Shown here: piece after piece, positions 57,097-64,000 of the stretch
Numbering within the stretch: the stretch's first letter is position 1
Layout of the letters: every line of letters starts with the position of its first letter
DNA from: Chrysomallon squamiferum
Taxonomy: Eukaryota > Animalia > Mollusca
Length of the DNA stretch: 64,000 nt
Assembly (NCBI GenBank): GCA_012295275.1
Contig: CM022670.1
Coordinates: 21,328,001-21,392,000 of the forward strand
Direction of reading: 5' to 3'
The notes under the pieces: model-generated
The model's input: the letters and a program-made list of their open reading frames with translations, nothing else
Database searches by the model: none
What the model was told of the DNA's origin: nothing
Made by a program: the position numbers and the translations under genes

Positions 57097-57209
57097 ACGA
57101 ATTTCGAAGAAACATGATGCCATAAGCAGAGAAGCCAAATTAATCAGTAATATCTGACTAACGGACAGAAGGTATTGCTTTTAGTGAGAAATAAAAATAT
57201 CTGGAGAAG

Positions 57210-60200
57210 ATGTATCCTCGTGATAACCAACAACTGAGAACTGGTGGCCAGAATGGAGATGTCTTGGAAATCAAACAAACTGTTGAGCAAGAGCTTGTAA
57301 TAAATTCAAATGACGCTGAACTTTTCATACTGATTGGAACAAAGGCTAGATGTTTTCAAAAGTTATATCTGAAAGATATCACAGACCTGAAAGATGTGAT
57401 CAGGTAAAGTATATATGTATATATATATATATATATGTTTTACTATCACTTTAAAAATGTTAACTGTTATAACAGTTAGATAACATGAGATGCTTTGTGC
57501 ATGAATACCTGTTGTTGGTTTTGTTTTGGTTTGCATATCTTGAAACTAAAGACTAAGGATTCTTAAGTAGCTCAATTGCACTTTGTTTTGTTTTCTATAT
57601 GTTTCACATAAATCTTTGTATCATTATTATTTATTAGTATTAATAGTATTGTAGTAACATATTTGTTATTGCTGTTATTATTTTTTTTTTATACATTTTA
57701 CTAGTATAAGTACAATTTCATTGTTTTTAATCATTATTGATTATTGAAGTTATTGTTGTAATTTATTTATTTATATTTTTTTTTTTAACAGAAGAAGCAA
57801 TGGAGAATATAAAGAAATAAAAGCCAATGATGAAGCATACATTATCTCAATTTCTGGAGAACAAACAAAAGTCAGATATGTACTTTCAGAGTTGGACAAG
57901 TTGGCAAAACAAATCTGGCATGAGACAATAATTTTACATAAAGATGTAGCAAAACCAAAAGGTTATATATTTTAAATTTTATCTTTGAAAAACTAACTTA
58001 TTTTAATTATAATAACAAGTGCTTGGAAATGAGTCTTATTTGAGACTTGGTTATCTTTATTGATAAAATAGACATACTCAGTGAATTTTAATCGAAACGA
58101 TTTCTAAACGAGATAAATGATTGTAAAGCCATTCATATTTGATGCATACAGGCCTTTCATTTACAAGTAAACAAAAAAAATTCCATGAAAGATTGATATT
58201 ATTTTGTTAACTTATTTGATTAATTACACAAATATGTAAATGGTATTTTAGATTTAGAAATTTTGATTAGAGGACTTCAGAGGTCTGATCTAAAGAAGTT
58301 TAAGGCTGCATTTGAAGTTCAACATTCCTGTTGTCTTACAATTCATCTTCCAAACACATCTAGTTACAAGTCAGTCAGAACAACGTAAGTCTAGTTAATA
58401 TCTCAGACCTCCTTAACAAATATTTTAATTCTTTATTTTGGAGAGAATAATAGCATCTGATATATCACTTTAGTTTAATATGCTGTCAATATTATTTGGA
58501 TTGTTCACATAGAACAAAAGTGAAGAACTATATTAGACGCTCAGTTTCATGGGAAACAGGAATCTGTTGAGGCAGAATCTTCATATATTTATTATTTTTA
58601 CTTTTCTTCCTACATACAGAAGTGTTTAATATAATATATATATTTTGGGGATTTTCAATAGTAATTTCATGGTGTTTCCTGAAGAAGAAGGCTTAGCAAG
58701 TGGAGATAACACATCTATTCAGATTGGGTCAACAACAATACAAGTACTTCAAGGAGATATCACTAAACATAAGGTACAGATTCTGTTTTTTTTGTATTAA
58801 TTTAATGTATACATTTAAAATCTCTAATCATTTACTCAAATTATTCTTTTTATTATTATTATTTATTTGCTCCTCAATAATTTATTCATTTGCTAAGTTT
58901 ATTACATCAGGTTACCATGTATTCATTTATTCCCAGTTACTGGTTTTAGTATAGATGGTATTTTTTTAATTAGTTTATTTTTAGTGAATATTCTTATTTA
59001 TAGAGAATAACCTGAATGGAATGTAAACACATGGGAATTAAAGATTTTCTAAATTATTTTCAGGCTTCAGTTCTGGTGAAAGTCATCACTGAGGATCATG
59101 ATTTCAGACTGACTGGAACAAAGGCTAGATGTTTTCAGCAGTTATATCTGAAAGACATCACAGACTTGAAAGATGTGATGAGGTAAATTGTATATATATG
59201 TTATCACATTAAAATGTTTAACTGTTATAACAGTTAGATAACATGAGATAATTTGTGCATGAATATCTGTTGTTGGTTTAGTTTTCTTTGCATAACATGA
59301 AAAAGTCTAAAAGATTCTCAAGTAGCTCAGTTCCACTTTGCTTTTTGTCTTATTTTATATGTTTTTCAAGCCTTGTTATATGTTTGAAGCCTCAATTCGA
59401 TTCAGATAAATCTTAATATTATTATTATTTATTAGTATTAATAGCGTTGTAGTAACATATTTATTATTGTTGTCATTTACTTTTTTCTATACATATTACC
59501 AGAATGAGTACTATTTAATTGTTATTGATCATTATTGTTTATTGAATTTATTATTGATATTTATTTATTTATTTTATTTTATTTTTTTTAACAGAAGAAG
59601 CAGTGGAGAATATAAAGAAATAAAGGCCAGTGATGAAGCATACATTATCTCAGTTTCTGGAGAACAAACAAAAGTCAGATATGTACTTTCAGAGTTGGAC
59701 AAGTTGGCAAGAAAAATCTGGCATGAGACAATAATATTACATAAAGATGTAGCAAAACCAAAAGGTTATATATTTTAAATTTTATCTTTGAAAAACTAAA
59801 TTATTTTAATTATAATAACAAGTGCTTGGAAATGAGTCTTATTTGAGACTTGGTTATCTAAATGGATAAAATAGACATACTCAGTTGAAAGCAGGCAAAA
59901 TATTTTCTATCAAATTGATTGCTAATGGAAATGGGTACATAAATGATTGTAAAGCCATTCATATTTGATGCATACAGGCATTTCATTTATATTTTTAAAA
60001 AAATAATTCCATTATAGATTAATATTAATTTGTTAACTAATTTGGTTAATTAAACAAATATGTAAATGGTATTTTAGATTTAGAAATTTTGATTGGAGGA
60101 CTTCAGAGGTCTGATCTAAAGAAGTTTCAGGCTACATTTGAAGTTCAACATTCCTGTTTTCTGACAATTCATCTTCCAAACACATCTAGTTACAAGTCAG

Positions 60201-61867
60201 TCAGAACAACGTAAGTCTTCTTAATATTATCACAGACCATCATAACAAATATTTTAATTTTTTATTTTGCAAAAGAAAATAATACCAGCTGATATCTCAC
60301 TTTGGTTTAATATGCTGTCAATGTTTGGATTATTCACACAGAACAACAGTGAAGACCCTCAGTTTAATGGGAAACAGGAGTCTGTTGATGTTGAATCACA
60401 AATGTTTTAAAAAGATAATTTTTTAATGTTATAATAAACATTAAATTTAATATTTATAACTGAGGAAATTTTAATTTATCCATCATTTTAGGTTCCTTAA
60501 TTGAGTCTATATTTTAATTTTATTCATATTAAAATGCAACTGCTGCAGTAAGAAATAACATTGCAAATTTTGTTTGGTTTAAATACTGTTCTAAAATAGC
60601 ATTTATTACTATTCTTTCTTAGTCTTTTGTCTCTCTTCTTTTTACTGTGTTTCATATTTTTATTTCAATGTACAGGCCCCCTTTAGATTCTCTTCGTTCA
60701 CCATCCATGCCAGTTTTTCCAAGACAGGATGAACCAGAAGTAGTTAAAATATTCCCAGAAAGACATCGAGAACAAAAGATTTTAACATCAAAAGAGGCAC
60801 CAAGTAGGTTTTTTCAGGAAAGAGAACCTCCAAGACGCATTTTAAACAACATAACTGTGTCCCAGACAAACTGCAAAATTATGATACACACATCAGACAT
60901 CACCAAGCAGAAGGTAATAGTTAACAAGTTTTCAGAAATGAGTATGTTGTAATGTTCACTAAAATAGACCTGTTGCATGTACATTACCTGAATAATGTGG
61001 CTTTATTGATACTTCTTACATTTACTGCTTAAGGTTCTAGCTTAAATATGTCTTTGTACTAAATTTCATATGATTGATATCCATCTAATATTTTGAAGTA
61101 ATAGATTTAAACATCTTAAGATAAATTAATATTTTTTTAAGACCAAAATTCCAACAAAATATTATTACTGATTTTAACTTTTAATTTTCTTGTTGTGTTC
61201 TTTTATACTAAATTTGAAATAGTAGCTGCTCTTTCAGAATTGTATCATACTAAATTTCAAAGCACATACGGTTCTGTATATAAATTTCTTTATTTTTCTG
61301 GTTGTGACAGTGAAAATACCAAGGATTGCCCACTTTCAACACCAAATTCACAATGATAGAAATACACTCTAAAACCTTTAGTTGTCTAAGTAACTGGTAT
61401 TTGTTGATTATGAAAACACTAATATATTAAACTTAAATCATATATATTCAATGTTAAATTAAAGTTTAAAGTTTTACTACTCAGAATTTTGTTGAAGATA
61501 CAACACAAAGAGAATTGTGGATTATAACACGTTAGATATATATAGATATATCAACTTTTTTCTTTTAATTTTTAAAACAAAATTTTAGATGGATATTTTG
61601 GTCAATGTTGTAAGTTCTTCACAAAATATCAAGAGCACCAGAATTAGCCAAGCATTTGAAAAAAGAGGTGGTCCAGCATTTGTTCAGGTAAATCATATTT
61701 CTGCATAACAAACACATTTTGCATTGTAATTTTAAATAACCTCTTAATGTATCTTTTATTAACCTAGTGATTCTGATTCAAATAGACTAATCTTTCACAT
61801 GTTGGTGAATCTGACTATTTGATGTTATCACTGGGTATTTTTATAATTTTATCCCTTTTTCTTGTTC

Positions 61868-61906
<39 letters not shown>

Positions 61907-61907
61907 C

Positions 61908-61944
<37 letters not shown>

Positions 61945-62874
61945 TTTTATCATTTTAAACTCTGGCTCCCCCCCCCAAATAAATAATAATATTAATAATA
62001 ATAATAATAATAATAATATAAGCCACCAAACTCTGAATATGTATTTCACTCATAATTTTAGGGATATGAAGGTGCAAAAGCCATGTCAGTTGGAAGTGTC
62101 ATTGCATCATCACCTGCTGGCAATTTGAACTGTTCTCAAGTTCTCACCATAGTTTTAAATCCATGTGATCCAGCCAATCAGGATGCCTCAAAAATGGTAA
62201 TGTTATTGTGATGAATGTTTCTGATTAATGAGTGCATTTTCAGGTGATTTCACATTCTTCATAATCATCAACTCAAACTGACTATGTTATGTCAACAATT
62301 GTTTATTGGTGTTTTTCCATTAATTTCTTATCTTTCTTTTTTTTTTTCATAATCAACAAAAAGTAATTACTTAGAGAACCAAATGTTTTAGAGTGTATTG
62401 CTATTTTCCTTATCAGAATTATTGCTGTTATTGCTACTGGTTCACACATACACACATAGATACATATATATATAAAAAAACAAACAAAAAAAACTCAGTA
62501 AAATAATAATTTGGAAGTGTAAAGAAGTTTATTAGACCATTTAGTTGTGATACTAAATGTTGTTGTTGTTATCATAAAGATTTTTATAGCTCTTGTTTAA
62601 AAATTATTTTTATTATTATTTTTTTTTCATTGTTCATTAATAAGTGTTACTTATAATTATATGTTTATTTTATTCATAATAAAACTATTTTACTCATTTA
62701 CAGCAATTGAAGAAAGCCATAAACGACTGTTTTGCTTTGGCTGACACAGCTAAAGCAACATCCATTGCTTTTCCGCCTGTGGGGTGTGGTGTTCTGTTCA
62801 AATATCCTCCAAAGTTTGTTGCAGCATCATTCATATCAGCAGCTAAAAATGCTGCAAAGAAAGGAATTCTACAG
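57210..62874 (+). CDS. Macrodomain PARP copy 2 (partial, continues beyond the window); lacks the RRM exons and has a duplicated KH-like module
   Basis: Exons 57210-57403, 57792-57961, 58252-58384, 58662-58773, 59064-59182 (chimeric), 59595-59764, 60078-60210, 60676-60913, 61589-61687, 62062-62196, 62704-62874; phases consistent and frame open. Macro motifs TSDITKQKMDILVNVV and SIAFPPVGCG. The catalytic domain is not in the window. Confidence 0.8.
57297..59102. repeat. About 1.8-kb near-identical copy of PARP copy 1 segment about 35807-37607, introns included
   Basis: By eye the differences are confined to a few homopolymer-associated positions. The ORF-track entries 37205 and 58700 (MEITHLFRLG...) are identical. 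Confidence 0.92.
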
Positions 62875-64000
62875 GTAGATTTACAATTTAAAGTTGTCTG
62901 ACACCAGTCCATATTTATCTCTTTACTGGTAACATTGAGCTTCAGAAATATTTTGGCTTGTTTACATGTTGTCATTTGTGATTGGCGTGTATTAAACCAG
63001 TGAAATTGTGTGTTGTTTCTGGTGTCATTTCCAAGCATGAGATTCTTAAGAATAATGAGCCTTTTGTTATGAGAAACAGAGCCAGAAATGGCCATACATT
63101 ACAGCTTGAAAAAGAGAAGATTTCTATGCTAATAGTAATGGATCTGCTTAAAAGTCAGTGGTCAATATGACATCAAGTTGTATATTCAGACAGCCAAACA
63201 TGGCAACAATGGGCAAAAGAAAGCATATAACCATTGATCCTAAACTATTGTTTTCACATTTTCTTTAAATGCAGAAACTAATGAAATGTGGCTGAAAATG
63301 TTTTAAAAGATATCTTCATGTGTCTGTGTATGTACTAATATATACACAATCCTCAGTATATTACTTTTCTGAATATCTTGACTTCTTTGGTTATCAGTGT
63401 TTTTTTTGTTCTTTTTTAGGATATTGGTTTTTTTATCATGGACAAACAGGTCTATAATATTTTTTTGGATGAAATCAATCCACACAAAACATATGGAGGT
63501 GATGTTTCTTAAACAGTTTCAAACTTAAAATATAAAGTTTAATGACATACAGATACAGAATGATAACTGATACCCAAACAGATGCATAGTTGGTAATAAA
63601 ATTGAATTGTACTAATATACTATCTGTATTTGTACTTTTAAAGTATTTCATTATAAAAAAAAAAATCAGCATGTTAAAAAACATAAAATCTAATGTATAA
63701 GCTGAATGATGGTTATAGCCTAAAATGTTTCATACACATTCAAGTTTGTAAAATTATAGGTAACTTACAACACTTCTTTATTATTAATATGTGACTTTAA
63801 AATAAAATAGTTATTATGATGGATAGAGATTCATTTTGTTCAAAGAAATGAAAAAAAAAAGGAGATAAAAAGAAAAGAAAACAGAAAAGAAACTCCAAAT
63901 TTGATATCTGAGTAAATCATTTTAAAACTGCCCTATGTTTAGTGCATTATGATGACATCATACAAAAAGGAGAAATATTAACCTCCGTGCATAATCACAG

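Noticed and set aside
62694-63095. 133-aa minus-strand ORF
   Set aside because: It is the antisense shadow of macrodomain exon 62704-62874.

Overview
AT-rich, microsatellite-dense eukaryotic (metazoan) genomic DNA. The repeat texture suggests an invertebrate, plausibly a mollusc such as a cephalopod, but this is inference. Most ORF-track entries are microsatellite artefacts. Manual GT-AG exon joining gives four multi-exon genes. (1) SLC6-A (+, 6474/20614-29054, about 655 aa). (2) PARP copy 1 (+, 33433-42594, about 969 aa; RRM-RRM-KH-like-macro-KH-like-ART). (3) SLC6-B (-, 54772-46544, about 646 aa; same internal intron positions as SLC6-A). (4) PARP copy 2 (+, from 57210, running off the right edge). 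Both SLC6 proteins belong to the amino-acid (PROT/GlyT/ATB0,+-like) branch. The arrangement fits a tandem duplication of [3' flank - SLC6-B - PARP] followed by loss of SLC6-B from the first copy. The most interesting signal is a candidate invertebrate interferon-like effector array. Both PARP promoters carry a clustered GAS (STAT) + ISRE (IRF) module, with a perfect kB site in copy 2. The catalytic domain has an unusual H-Y-D triad and a C-x4-C-x4-C-x2-H insert. The paralogs differ by in-frame exon swaps, grafts and deletions. Also present are a Tc1/mariner relic, a TTAA-flanked MITE, several intronic hairpins and local duplications. All alignments were made by eye; no searches were run.
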